Positions 1-8,878 are shown, counted from the first letter of the stretch. The stretch is DNA of 24,000 bases from an uncultured Eubacteriales bacterium (GCA_934486965.1 CAKSQP010000005.1:9638-33637), one strand, 5' to 3'. Numbers and translations: made by a program. Notes: generated from the letters alone by a model not told the origin.

Positions 1-516
1 ATGGCGCGCGACGGAATAACCCTTTACGGGCTTTTGCCCTCCCCCGAAGTCGACATAAAGAAACTCGGAAATATCAAAGCGGCAATGACGTTCAAAAGCC
101 GCATAATGCACCTTAAAACTTCCCCCGAAGGCATTTCGGTAAGTTACGGCGGCACTTACGTCACCGATAAGGAAACGAAGATTGCGACCGTCGGAGCTGG
201 ATATGCGGACGGCGTTCCGAGAATGATATCGAACCGCGGCAAAGTCCTTATAAACGGAAAACTTGCCCCGATAATCGGAAGAGTCTGCATGGACCAGTTC
301 ATGGTCGACGTGACCGACATTCCCGACGTCAAAAAATATGACGAAGTTACGATTTTCGGAGACGCCGCAACGGGAGCGGCGACCGCCGACGAAGTTGCTT
401 TTCTTGCGGGAACGATAGGCTACGAAGTCGTCTGCGACATAAACAGACGCGTTCCGAGAGTATATATAAAAGACGGGGAAACCGTCGATATCATCGGAGC
501 AATTTACAATAAATAA
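1..516 (+). CDS. alr: Alanine racemase, C-terminal part (5' end lies outside the window)
   Basis: The ORF is open to the window edge. The translation carries Alr C-terminal-domain blocks (GAGYADGVPR, GRVCMDQFMVDVT, GTIGYEVVC). It ends in TAA and is followed by a strong terminator. Confidence 0.9.
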   Translation: MARDGITLYGLLPSPEVDIKKLGNIKAAMTFKSRIMHLKTSPEGISVSYGGTYVTDKETKIATVGAGYADGVPRMISNRGKVLINGKLAPIIGRVCMDQFMVDVTDIPDVKKYDEVTIFGDAATGAATADEVAFLAGTIGYEVVCDINRRVPRVYIKDGETVDIIGAIYNK

Positions 517-521
517 CATAT

Positions 522-550
522 AAAAACCGCCGAAATTCGGCGGTTTTTTT
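522..550 (+). terminator. Rho-independent terminator downstream of alr
   Basis: The hairpin ccgccg/aaatt/cggcgg (527-543) is preceded by an A-run and followed by seven T residues (544-550). It starts 6 nt after the alr stop. Confidence 0.8.
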
Positions 551-589
551 GGTAATTTTTAACTTTTCTTCGGTAAAAAACAAAAACTA

Positions 590-618
590 TTGACAATAAT
601 ATTTTTATATAATAAAAT
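590..618 (+). promoter_or_regulatory. Putative sigma-A type promoter for the ABC transporter gene
   Basis: TTGACA (590-595), a 17-nt spacer and TAAAAT (613-618) sit in an AT-rich region. An AAGGAG RBS lies at 641-646 and the ATG at 652. Confidence 0.55.
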
Positions 619-651
619 TTATTTGATACATTAAAATGACAAGGAGAAAAA

Positions 652-3576
652 ATGCTTTCTTTAAGAAATATCAAAAAGGATTACGAAGTCGCCGACGAAA
701 AAGTCGCCGCCCTCAAAGGTATCAGCCTTGATTTCAGAAAAAGCGAATTTGTCGCGATTTTGGGACCGTCGGGCTGCGGCAAAACGACGTTGCTCAACAT
801 TATCGGCGGACTTGACAAATATACCGAGGGAGACCTTGTAATAAACGGCGTTTCCACTAAAAAATATAACGACAGGGACTGGGACACATACCGCAACCAT
901 TCGGTCGGCTTCGTTTTTCAGAGTTACAACCTTATACCGCACCAGACGGTGCTTTCAAATGTAGAACTTGCCTTGACTCTTTCGGGCGTAAGCAAAAAAG
1001 AAAGACGGAAAAGAGCAAAGGAAGCCCTTGAAAAAGTCGGGCTCGGCGACCAACTTAACAAGAAGCCGAATCAGATGTCGGGCGGGCAGATGCAAAGAGT
1101 CGCCATTGCAAGAGCGATAGTAAACGACCCCGAAATCCTGCTTGCCGACGAACCGACGGGAGCGCTCGACTCGCAGACGAGCGTTCAGGTCATGGATATC
1201 TTAAAGGAAATATCCAAAGACCGCCTTATTATAATGGTCACCCATAACCCCGAACTTGCCGAAAAATACGCGACACGCACGGTAAAACTTTTCGACGGAG
1301 AAGTAAAGGACGATTCGTCGCCTTACGTTTCGGAAATCCCCGACAAGACCGACGAAGAAATAAAAAAGAACCGCAAGAAAAAATCGTCGATGTCGTTTTT
1401 CACAGCCCTTTCCCTTTCGAAAAACAACCTGATGACCAAAAAGGGCAGGACGTTTCTCACAAGTTTCGCGGGGTCGATAGGAATTATAGGTATCGCCCTT
1501 ATCCTTTCGGTCTCGACGGGTGTCAAAAACTATATTGACGACGTTCAGAAAGACACTCTTTCGAACTACCCGATAGAAATTCAGAGAGAGTCGAAAGACC
1601 TTTCGTCGATGATCTCCGCCCTTTCGGGAAAGACCGACGGCAAAGCCGAACACGACCTCGACGGCGTTTACGAAAACAAGATGATGTACGAACTTTCGAA
1701 CTCTCTTTCGCAGGCGGAAACGACCGAAAACAACCTGAAGGCGTTCAAAAAATATATCGAAAATAACGAAGAATTCGCGAAATATGCGTCGGCTGTCCGT
1801 TACGGCTACGACGTAAATATGAATATCTACACGAAAGACGGAGACGGCAAAACCGTAAAAAGCGACGCGATGGAACTCATAACCGAGGTCATGGGCGGCG
1901 ACAGCATTTACGCTCAGGGGTCATCGATGTTTATGTCGTCCTCGGGTTTTGACGTCTGGGAAGAACTTCTTTCCGGCAAAAACGGCGAAGCGGTCGGAGA
2001 CGCGACGAAAGAAAAATATACGCTCGTCGACGGCAAATGGCCCGAAAACTACGACGAAACGGTGCTTATCGTAAACGAACGCAACGAGATAAGCGACCTT
2101 ACGCTTTACGCTCTCGGTCTTAAAACGAAAGCCGAAATTCTTTCCGATATGGAAAAGGCGGCGACGGGAGAAGTCGTCGACACGGAAACCGCAAAACACG
2201 GATACGACGAAATTCTCGGCAGGACTTTCAGGGTTATCCTTTCGTCGGACATCTATCAAAAGAACGCCGACGGCAACTATGAAGACCTGACGGAAACCGA
2301 GGCGGGGCTTTCCTATCTTTACGACAACTCCGAAACGGAACTTAAAATAGTCGGGATTATCCGTCCGAACGAAGATTCGAATATGATGTCTTCGGGCGGA
2401 ACGATAGGCTACACCTCGCTTTTGACCGACAGGATAATCGCTCTCGACGGTAAAAGCGATCTGTTAAAAGAGCAACTTGAAAACAAAAAGACCGATATTC
2501 TGACGGGACTTCCTTTCAAATCGGAAATTTCCGAAGACGAAGAGGCGGAAACGGTAAAAAATTGGTTTTCGTCGCTTTCGGTCGAAGACAAAGCAAGAAT
2601 TTATATTGAAATAAAGTCAAAACCGACCGACGAATACGTTAAAACAGCGGTCGCACAGTATACCGCGAACCTTGACGACGCGGCAATGCGCGAAATGTTC
2701 AGGCAGGCAATGAGCCAAAAAATGACGCTTGACGAAAAGAGCATCGAAGAATACGTTTCGGGACTTGACGAAAAAACTCTCCGCGGATATATCGAAGAAA
2801 TGGCGGAAACATCTGTTAAAGAGCAGTATGCGGCAGGGGTAAAAGCACAGTTCGCGTCTCTCCCGACCGACAGGGTAGCCGCCCTCTTTGACGCCGAAGA
2901 GTTTTCCGAGGACGATTATAAAACGTTCTACACCGATTTTTCGTCGGAGATAGTTTCGGAAGCCACCTACGACGAAAATATAAAGAAACTCGGATATATC
3001 GACAGAGAAGACCCTTGGACGATGGAGATATACGCCGACAGTTTCGAAAACAAGGATAACATATCTTCACTCATTTCGAAATATAATGAAACCGTCACCG
3101 AAGACGACAAAATAAACTATACCGACTATGTCGCTTTGCTGATGTCCTCGATAACGACGATAATCGACGCGATATCCTATGTTCTCATCGCATTTGTCAC
3201 CATTTCGCTTGTCGTTTCGTCGATAATGATTGGAATAATCACTTATATTTCGGTTCTCGAAAGAACAAAGGAGATCGGAATTCTGCGTTCGATCGGAGCG
3301 TCGAAAAAAGACATTTCGAGAGTATTCAACGCCGAAACGCTCATTGTGGGCTTTACGGCAGGGGTAATAGGGATATTGCTTACTCTGGGGCTTGACCTTA
3401 TAGTAAACGTGATTCTGCATTCGCTCACGGGCATAGAGACTCTCAACGCGTCTCTTCCGCCGATATCAGCGGCAATTCTCGTTGCGATAAGTATGTTCTT
3501 AACATTTATCGCGGGGCTTATACCGTCGAAGATCGCGGCGAAAAAAGATCCGGTAACGGCATTGCGGACTGAATAA
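652..3576 (+). CDS. Fused ABC transporter ATP-binding protein/permease (MacB/FtsX type) with a very large extracytoplasmic domain
   Basis: This is a 974-aa ORF with an RBS. The N-terminal ATPase has Walker A GPSGCGKTT, the signature MSGGQMQRVAIARA and Walker B ILLADEPTGALD. One TM helix lies at about aa 266-291. An FtsX-type three-TM bundle at the C-terminus (from about aa 826) includes ERTKEIGILRSIGASKKDI and ends in DPVTALRTE. Confidence 0.9.
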   Translation: MLSLRNIKKDYEVADEKVAALKGISLDFRKSEFVAILGPSGCGKTTLLNIIGGLDKYTEGDLVINGVSTKKYNDRDWDTYRNHSVGFVFQSYNLIPHQTVLSNVELALTLSGVSKKERRKRAKEALEKVGLGDQLNKKPNQMSGGQMQRVAIARAIVNDPEILLADEPTGALDSQTSVQVMDILKEISKDRLIIMVTHNPELAEKYATRTVKLFDGEVKDDSSPYVSEIPDKTDEEIKKNRKKKSSMSFFTALSLSKNNLMTKKGRTFLTSFAGSIGIIGIALILSVSTGVKNYIDDVQKDTLSNYPIEIQRESKDLSSMISALSGKTDGKAEHDLDGVYENKMMYELSNSLSQAETTENNLKAFKKYIENNEEFAKYASAVRYGYDVNMNIYTKDGDGKTVKSDAMELITEVMGGDSIYAQGSSMFMSSSGFDVWEELLSGKNGEAVGDATKEKYTLVDGKWPENYDETVLIVNERNEISDLTLYALGLKTKAEILSDMEKAATGEVVDTETAKHGYDEILGRTFRVILSSDIYQKNADGNYEDLTETEAGLSYLYDNSETELKIVGIIRPNEDSNMMSSGGTIGYTSLLTDRIIALDGKSDLLKEQLENKKTDILTGLPFKSEISEDEEAETVKNWFSSLSVEDKARIYIEIKSKPTDEYVKTAVAQYTANLDDAAMREMFRQAMSQKMTLDEKSIEEYVSGLDEKTLRGYIEEMAETSVKEQYAAGVKAQFASLPTDRVAALFDAEEFSEDDYKTFYTDFSSEIVSEATYDENIKKLGYIDREDPWTMEIYADSFENKDNISSLISKYNETVTEDDKINYTDYVALLMSSITTIIDAISYVLIAFVTISLVVSSIMIGIITYISVLERTKEIGILRSIGASKKDISRVFNAETLIVGFTAGVIGILLTLGLDLIVNVILHSLTGIETLNASLPPISAAILVAISMFLTFIAGLIPSKIAAKKDPVTALRTE

Positions 3577-3600
3577 AAAAAACAGGGACGGAGGATAATA

Positions 3601-4371
3601 ATGAAAAAAGAAAAACGCGTCAGAACAAGGGAAGAAAGAGCGGAAAGGACTTCGAAAATAATTTATTTCGTGGTTCTGGTAAGTTTTATTCTTCCGATAA
3701 TCTACCTTATTTTAAGACTTTCTTTCCCCGATCTTATAAAAGGAACGGGAAGATCCGATTCGGACTATGTTTTGATGCTCCTGCAATGTATTCTGGGAGC
3801 GATCGCAATAAATCTTCCGAGTTTCCTTTCAAAAAAACTCAACATCAAAATTCCGCGTTTCTTAGCGCTGATGTTCCTTATTTTCCTTTACTGCGCGATC
3901 TTTTTGGGTGAAGTCGCAAACTTCTATTACAGAATTCCCCACTGGGACGACATTCTCCACTTCTTCAGCAGTATGATGACCGGATTTTTGGGATTCATGA
4001 TAGTTTCTATCCTTAACGGTCACGAAAACGTCAAGGTAAAGATGTCGCCGTGGTTTGTCGCACTTTTTGCGTTCTGCTTCTCGGTAACGATAGGCGCGGT
4101 ATGGGAGATATACGAATTTACGGGCGACGGCATTTTAGGGCTCAATATGCAGAAATTCCGTCTTGAGGGCGGCGCAGATCTCGTCGGGCGCGCGGCGCTT
4201 ACCGATACGATGAAAGATATAATCGTCGACTGTATCGGAGCGCTCACAGCCTCTCTTTTGGGCAGGCTTTCGCTTGTAAACAAGAAGGGTATGGTCTACG
4301 ATTATTATAAAGACGACGCGACAGCAATCGGCGACAAAGCCGAAGAAATAAAAGGAGACGATAATAAATGA
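3601..4371 (+). CDS. Multi-pass integral membrane protein of unknown function (possibly YjdF/DUF2238-like)
   Basis: This is a 256-aa ORF with a GGAGGA RBS. It has several hydrophobic helices, a basic N-terminus and an acidic C-terminus. Its motifs WDDILHF and WEIYEF resemble my recollection of the DUF2238 family, so that assignment is tentative. Its stop overlaps the rbr start (ATGA). Confidence 0.7.
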   Translation: MKKEKRVRTREERAERTSKIIYFVVLVSFILPIIYLILRLSFPDLIKGTGRSDSDYVLMLLQCILGAIAINLPSFLSKKLNIKIPRFLALMFLIFLYCAIFLGEVANFYYRIPHWDDILHFFSSMMTGFLGFMIVSILNGHENVKVKMSPWFVALFAFCFSVTIGAVWEIYEFTGDGILGLNMQKFRLEGGADLVGRAALTDTMKDIIVDCIGALTASLLGRLSLVNKKGMVYDYYKDDATAIGDKAEEIKGDDNK

Positions 4372-4904
4372 AAGAACTGAAAGGTTCAAAAACCGAGGCA
4401 AACCTCAGAACAGCCTTTTCGGGCGAAAGCGAAGCAAGGAACAAATACACCTATTTCGCTTCGGTCGCGAAAAAAGAAGGCTATCAGCAGATAGCGGCAA
4501 TTTTCGAAGAGACCGCGGCAAACGAAAAGGAACACGCAAAGATGTGGTTCAAAGAACTCGGCGGACTCGGAACGACAGCCGAAAATCTGCTTTCGGCGGC
4601 TGAGGGCGAAAACTACGAATGGACCGATATGTACGACCGTTTCGCAAAGGAAGCCGAAGAAGAGGGCTTTGAGAGAATTGCCGAACTTTTCAGAGGAGTT
4701 GCGGCAATCGAAAAAGAGCACGAGGAAAGATACAGAAAACTGCTTGCGAACGTCAAAGCGGGCGAAGTTTTCGAAAAAGGCAGTGTGGTTATATGGCAGT
4801 GCAGAAACTGCGGCCATATCGTCGTCGGAACAAAAGCGCCCGACGTATGCCCCGTCTGCAATCACCCGCAGGCTTATTTTCAGGTAAAGCCCGAAAATTA
4901 TTAA
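4368..4904 (+). CDS. rbr: Rubrerythrin
   Basis: This 178-aa protein has a ferritin-like diiron domain ([40 protein letters not shown]). It also has a C-terminal rubredoxin-like CRNCG...CPVC motif. An AAGGAG RBS is present. Confidence 0.92.
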   Translation: MKELKGSKTEANLRTAFSGESEARNKYTYFASVAKKEGYQQIAAIFEETAANEKEHAKMWFKELGGLGTTAENLLSAAEGENYEWTDMYDRFAKEAEEEGFERIAELFRGVAAIEKEHEERYRKLLANVKAGEVFEKGSVVIWQCRNCGHIVVGTKAPDVCPVCNHPQAYFQVKPENY

Positions 4905-4963
4905 GTTGCAAAAGGTTGAGGACTGATAGAAAGTCGTGCTTTCCTGTCAGCCCTCAGACAAAC

Positions 4964-4995
4964 GGACCGGATAAAAAATCCGGTCCTGTTTTTTT
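4964..4995. terminator. Bidirectional rho-independent terminator between convergent rbr and the C_GCAxxG gene
   Basis: The stem ggaccgga (4964-4971) pairs with tccggtcc (4979-4986) across an A-rich loop. A T-run follows on the plus strand (4987-4995). On the minus strand the hairpin is followed by GTTTGTCTG. A second imperfect hairpin lies at 4918-4955. Confidence 0.75.
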
Positions 4996-5437
4996 ATTCT
5001 ATATTGAGTTTTTTCGCCGTTATATCCGCCGAAATTCTGCAAAGTTCGGCGCAGGGGCGTTTTTTATAATACCCCTCCGTTCTCGGTTCGGGAACGGGTT
5101 CCGATTTTTCGGAAAGTCCCAAAAGTTCGCGGCAGATTATCGAGCCGTTCTCCTTTTTGAACTCTGCGGCGATATCCTGAATAAGCGCGTATAGTTCTTT
5201 TTTCTTTTCGGTGTCCTTCGGGTCTGAATATCCGCGCAGAATTCCGACAGCCGCAAACGCTCCCGAAAGAGAGCCGCAGACTTCGCGGAGCCTGCCCATG
5301 CCTCCTCCGAAAGAAGAGGAAATGAGAGCCGCGGTCTTTTCGTCAAGACCCGTGACGTCGGAAAACGCCAGAAGCACCGCCTGAGAACAGTTGTATCCCT
5401 CTTTGAAAAGGGCTTCGGCGCGCTCTCCCCTCGTCAT
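4994..5437 (-). CDS. C_GCAxxG_C_C family putative redox-active protein
   Basis: This 147-aa protein has a family-typical N-terminus (AEALFKEGYNCSQAVLLAF), a central GGGMGRLREVCGSLSGA block and later Cys residues (CRELL, CAELC). Its start overlaps the mrp-like stop by 4 nt. Confidence 0.85.
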   Translation of the reverse strand: MTRGERAEALFKEGYNCSQAVLLAFSDVTGLDEKTAALISSSFGGGMGRLREVCGSLSGAFAAVGILRGYSDPKDTEKKKELYALIQDIAAEFKKENGSIICRELLGLSEKSEPVPEPRTEGYYKKRPCAELCRISADITAKKLNIE

Positions 5438-6267
5438 TTCTTTTCTCCCGTTTTTTCGATTTCGGCAAATATCCCGTCAAGTTCGTCCCCTTCGAAAAGT
5501 TCGATGGTTCCGCTGTCGCACGCGGCGGCGGCTTTTTCGTCTATCGGAAGACGCGCGGTATTTTTTATCCCGTGTTTTGCCGCTTCGCTTTCAAGATTGC
5601 TTTCGCCGAAGATATAATGGCGTTTTTTGCAGTCGGGACATTCGAAATAGGACATATTTTCAACGATACCGAGTATCGGAACGTTCATAAGTTCCGCCAT
5701 TTTGACCGCTTTTTCGACTATCATCGAAACAAGGGACTGAGGAGTCGTCACAACGACTATTCCGTTAACGGGAAGCGACTGAAAGACCGTCAGAGGAACG
5801 TCTCCCGTTCCCGGAGGCATATCGACGAACATATAGTCGACGTCGCCCCATACGACGTCCGTCCAGAACTGTTTGACGGCGCCCGCGATAACGGGACCTC
5901 TCCAGACGACGGGGTCGGAGGAATTTTCTATAAGAAGATTAAGAGACATTACCGAAATACCCGTGGACGTCTGAACGGGGAAAAGACCGATATCGCTTGC
6001 GGCGGCTCTTTTTCCCTCAAGCCCGAACGCTTTCGGGATCGACGGACCCGTTATATCGGCGTCGAGAATTGCGGTCTTATAACCCGCTCTGCGCGCGGTC
6101 ACGGCAAGTTTTGAGGTGACGAGGGATTTTCCGACGCCGCCCTTTCCGCTCATTACGGCAATGACTTTCTTTACATGTGAAAGATCGTTTGTTTTTTCAA
6201 GCAGACTTTCGGGAGCCTCGGAGCACTTGCTCGCGCAACTCCCGCAGTCATGATTGCATTCGCTCAT
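5434..6267 (-). CDS. Mrp/NBP35 (ApbC-like) P-loop ATPase, putative Fe-S cluster carrier
   Basis: This 277-aa protein has the deviant Walker A MSGKGGVGKS, DMPPGTGD, the CPDC motif typical of Mrp/NBP35 and an N-terminal C-x3-C-x2-C-x3-C cluster (CNHDCGSCASKC). Its start abuts the dtxR-like stop with no gap. Confidence 0.9.
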   Translation of the reverse strand: MSECNHDCGSCASKCSEAPESLLEKTNDLSHVKKVIAVMSGKGGVGKSLVTSKLAVTARRAGYKTAILDADITGPSIPKAFGLEGKRAAASDIGLFPVQTSTGISVMSLNLLIENSSDPVVWRGPVIAGAVKQFWTDVVWGDVDYMFVDMPPGTGDVPLTVFQSLPVNGIVVVTTPQSLVSMIVEKAVKMAELMNVPILGIVENMSYFECPDCKKRHYIFGESNLESEAAKHGIKNTARLPIDEKAAAACDSGTIELFEGDELDGIFAEIEKTGEKK

Positions 6268-6648
6268 TTATTTTCCTTCTTTCTCCATTTTGTGCACGAA
6301 ATCCTTTATTGCGTCAAAAGTTTCCGCCGAGATATAATGCTCTATCTTGCAGGCGTCCTCGGTCGCGGTTTCGGGGGAAACGCCTATCGACGACAGAAAA
6401 GCCGAAAGCAGAGTATGTCTTTCATACATCGTTTCCGCAACTTCCCTTCCCGCGTCGGTGAGCGAAAGTATCCCGAAATCGTCGGTTTTGACAAATCCGC
6501 CCTTTTTGAGGATAGACATTGCACGGCTGACGCTCGGTTTCGAATATCCCATATACTCTCCGACGTCGATAGACCTTACCGACGGGTTCTTCCGGGAAAG
6601 CACATATATTGTTTCCAGGTACATTTCGCCTGATTCCTGTAATTTCAT
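6268..6648 (-). CDS. DtxR/MntR-family metal-dependent transcriptional regulator (short form, no SH3/FeoA-like C-terminal domain)
   Basis: This 126-aa protein has an N-terminal winged-HTH pattern (EMYLETIYVL...VGEYMGYSKPSVSRAMSILKKGGFV) and metal or dimerisation region blocks (ERHTLLSAFL, ACKIEHYIS). An AGGAG RBS lies in the 12-nt gap after the upstream gene. Confidence 0.85.
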   Translation of the reverse strand: MKLQESGEMYLETIYVLSRKNPSVRSIDVGEYMGYSKPSVSRAMSILKKGGFVKTDDFGILSLTDAGREVAETMYERHTLLSAFLSSIGVSPETATEDACKIEHYISAETFDAIKDFVHKMEKEGK

Positions 6649-6660
6649 TTTTTACTCCTG

Positions 6661-7653
6661 TCAGTCTGTTATTCCGAGGTATTCCTCGTAGCAGAGTCCC
6701 GACGCCGTTATCTTTTTCGCGTTTTCTATTCCGACGAAACGGTAATGCCACGGTTCGTAGATTATCTTTGTGATATCGGTCTTATCCTTTGCGTAACGCA
6801 TTATAAAACCGTATTCGGTGCAGTGTTCGCGGAGCCATTTATACGCCTTTGTCTGGTCAAAGCCGGACGTCAAAGAGCCGTAAGACGAGCAGAGGATATC
6901 GAGGGCGAGTCCGGTATGATGTTCGCTCGTTCCCGGAACGGCGATTATCGTCGCGGTCTTCGCATAAGCCGCCTCTTCGCTCATGCCGCTGTTTATATAA
7001 GAATTTTTCTTGTTGTTGAAGTTTCTTGTCTGGAGCGCGATATCTCTGAACGCCGAGACCATTGTCAGGTTTATACCGTCCATTTTTGCCGCAAGGAACA
7101 TCGCCTTGACGTTATACCATATTCTTTCGTCGACTTTGTATTTCGTCTGGAAAATGCTCTTGAGTTTGACGTTTTCGATATAGCCGTCGGGCAGAGGGTG
7201 AGTAGGATTACAGAGTATCATATTCCACGCCGACGGGTCGGACGACAGTGTTTTTTCAAGTTCGTTTACCTTTTCCATACATTCAAGGTATTCCTTGTAG
7301 GTCGCGCTGTCGGTCGTCGTCTTGTTTGACGTTTCCTTTGCCTCCCGCTGTGCTTTTTCCTCGGCAGCCTTTTTTTCTTCCTCGGCTTTCTTTGCCGCCT
7401 CTTCGGCAAGGCGCTTTTCTTCGGCTTCCTTTGCCGCTTTTTCTTCGGCGATACGTTTTTCTTCTTCAGCCTTCTGTTCGGTAAGATATACCGCCGTCGT
7501 TTCGGCGTTTACGGAAGACGATATCTGTATTTTATCGTCGGTGAACATTGATTTGCAGATAATTACCGCCGCTACGGTCGCCGCCGCAAGGAAAACGAAC
7601 GCAACTGCGAGCATCAGTACATTTTTTTTGAGAAAAGCATTTTTCTTTTTCAT
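6661..7653 (-). CDS. VanY-type (peptidase M15B) D-alanyl-D-alanine carboxypeptidase with an N-terminal TM anchor and a K/E/A-rich repeat linker
   Basis: This 330-aa protein has an N-terminal hydrophobic helix. Its M15 zinc-peptidase signatures are intact (SAFRD, SEHHTGLALD, EPWHYRFVG). A GAGGTG RBS is present. Confidence 0.85.
   Translation of the reverse strand: MKKKNAFLKKNVLMLAVAFVFLAAATVAAVIICKSMFTDDKIQISSSVNAETTAVYLTEQKAEEEKRIAEEKAAKEAEEKRLAEEAAKKAEEEKKAAEEKAQREAKETSNKTTTDSATYKEYLECMEKVNELEKTLSSDPSAWNMILCNPTHPLPDGYIENVKLKSIFQTKYKVDERIWYNVKAMFLAAKMDGINLTMVSAFRDIALQTRNFNNKKNSYINSGMSEEAAYAKTATIIAVPGTSEHHTGLALDILCSSYGSLTSGFDQTKAYKWLREHCTEYGFIMRYAKDKTDITKIIYEPWHYRFVGIENAKKITASGLCYEEYLGITD
7339..7464 (-). 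repeat. Three tandem 42-nt (14-aa) imperfect repeats inside the VanY-like CDS
   Basis: The protein reads EEKRIAEEKAAKEA / EEKRLAEEAAKKAE / EEKKAAEEKAQREA (aa 64-105). The DNA shows recurring ttcttcggc and ctttgccgc units. Confidence 0.7.
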
Positions 7654-7669
7654 AACAGCACCTCGAAAA

Positions 7670-8878
7670 TCATTTCGAAATAATATGTTTTTTCTGCAGA
7701 TTTTTTTCTGCGGAACGGTTGAGAAGAGTATACAAAACGCCGAAAGCGGGAGTTCCGAGAATCATTCCGGCAAAGCCGAAAAGCCCGCCGCCGACAAGAA
7801 TTGCCACGAGCGACCACAAAGGCGGAAGCCCGACGGAATCGCCGACGATACGAACGCCGATGATGTTTCCGTCAAGTTGCTGAAGGATAACGAGGAAAAC
7901 GACGAACCAGACGGCTTCCCACGGGTCTATCATCAGAAGAATGAACGCCGCCGGAACGCCTCCGATAAACGGTCCGAAAAACGGGATAATATTGGTAACG
8001 CCGATAATAACGCTGATAAGGAGAGGGTAATCGAACCCGAATATCAACATTCCGATAAAGCAGAGGACGCCGACACAAGAGGCGTCGAGAAGTCTGCCCG
8101 TTATAAATCCGCTGAAAGTCTTGTAGGTAAGGGACGAAACGGAATATATCCTGTCGTTTGTCCTTTCGTCGAAAAACGCCTCGGTAAAGTTTCTGATCTT
8201 TTCCGAAAGGGTCTTTTTACCCGCAAGGATATAGACCGAAAGAACAAACCCGATAATGATATTCGCCGTCCAGAGAGCAATGCTCACGGTCACGTCGAAT
8301 ATCCTCGGAACTATTCCGACGACGATATCAGAGAAGTTTCCGAGAAGACCTTTCACCGTATTTTCGATAGCGGGATAAAGGGTGTCCTCCATATTCAGGC
8401 TCTTCGCAAGAGAATCGAGGAACGTTTTGAGGTTTGAAAGATACGTTTCGAGATTCGAAGAGAAAAGCGAAAACGACTCTGCAAGTTGCGGAATAAGAAG
8501 AGAAAACAGCAGAATAATTATAAGCAGAAAGATAAGATAGGTCGTAACAAGCGCAAAGACCGTCGGGAAAAAACTTTTCGGGAGTCCCGTTTTCTTCGTT
8601 TTTTTCACGGGTGCGGGCTTCGGCGCTTTCTTTCTGCGGAAGAGTTTTCCGAGTTTTGCAAACAGTTTCGGTTTTGATTCCCCGCTGTAAAGTTTGCGGA
8701 AAAACTCGTATGCGGGATTCAGGATAAACGCGATTATAAGTCCCACGATAAGGGGGGACAGAAGCGAAAGGACGAGCGACAGCGCCGAGACTATCCGATC
8801 GAAACGCAGAACGCAGACGACGATAACGACCGCCGCCGTTATAAGCCACATCAGACTTTTGAATAATTTCTTATCCAT
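7670..8878 (-). CDS. AI-2E family transporter (PerM/YhhT-like permease)
   Basis: This is a multi-TM protein with the family-typical C-terminal half (IIPFFGPFIGGVPAAFILL, ILQQLDGNIIGVRIVGDSVGLPPLW). I moved the start to ATG 8878 (MDKKLF...). That codon has a GGAAAGGAG RBS 6-8 nt upstream, whereas the longer track ORF (to 8941) runs through the predicted promoter. Confidence 0.8.
   Translation of the reverse strand: MDKKLFKSLMWLITAAVVIVVCVLRFDRIVSALSLVLSLLSPLIVGLIIAFILNPAYEFFRKLYSGESKPKLFAKLGKLFRRKKAPKPAPVKKTKKTGLPKSFFPTVFALVTTYLIFLLIIILLFSLLIPQLAESFSLFSSNLETYLSNLKTFLDSLAKSLNMEDTLYPAIENTVKGLLGNFSDIVVGIVPRIFDVTVSIALWTANIIIGFVLSVYILAGKKTLSEKIRNFTEAFFDERTNDRIYSVSSLTYKTFSGFITGRLLDASCVGVLCFIGMLIFGFDYPLLISVIIGVTNIIPFFGPFIGGVPAAFILLMIDPWEAVWFVVFLVILQQLDGNIIGVRIVGDSVGLPPLWSLVAILVGGGLFGFAGMILGTPAFGVLYTLLNRSAEKNLQKKHIISK

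Noticed and set aside
551-651. An AT-rich 100-nt leader upstream of the ABC transporter, considered as a riboswitch or leader peptide.
   Set aside because: It has no conserved riboswitch-like helices or small ORF. The predicted transcription start leaves only about a 25-30 nt 5' UTR. It looks like an UP-element-rich promoter region.
4918-4955. An imperfect 12-bp hairpin (gaggactgatag...cctgtcagccctc) after rbr, considered as a small RNA or regulatory element.
   Set aside because: It sits between two convergent genes, next to a canonical terminator. It is most simply an auxiliary terminator hairpin, and the whole gap is only 89 nt.
7322-8437. A 371-aa plus-strand ORF antisense to the VanY-like and AI-2E genes.
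   Set aside because: The translation is low-complexity (S/A/F/R-rich) with no recognisable domain. It is the mirror of the K/E/A repeat and of a well-supported membrane protein. It is a shadow ORF produced by the genome's avoidance of TTA, CTA and TCA codons on the sense strand.
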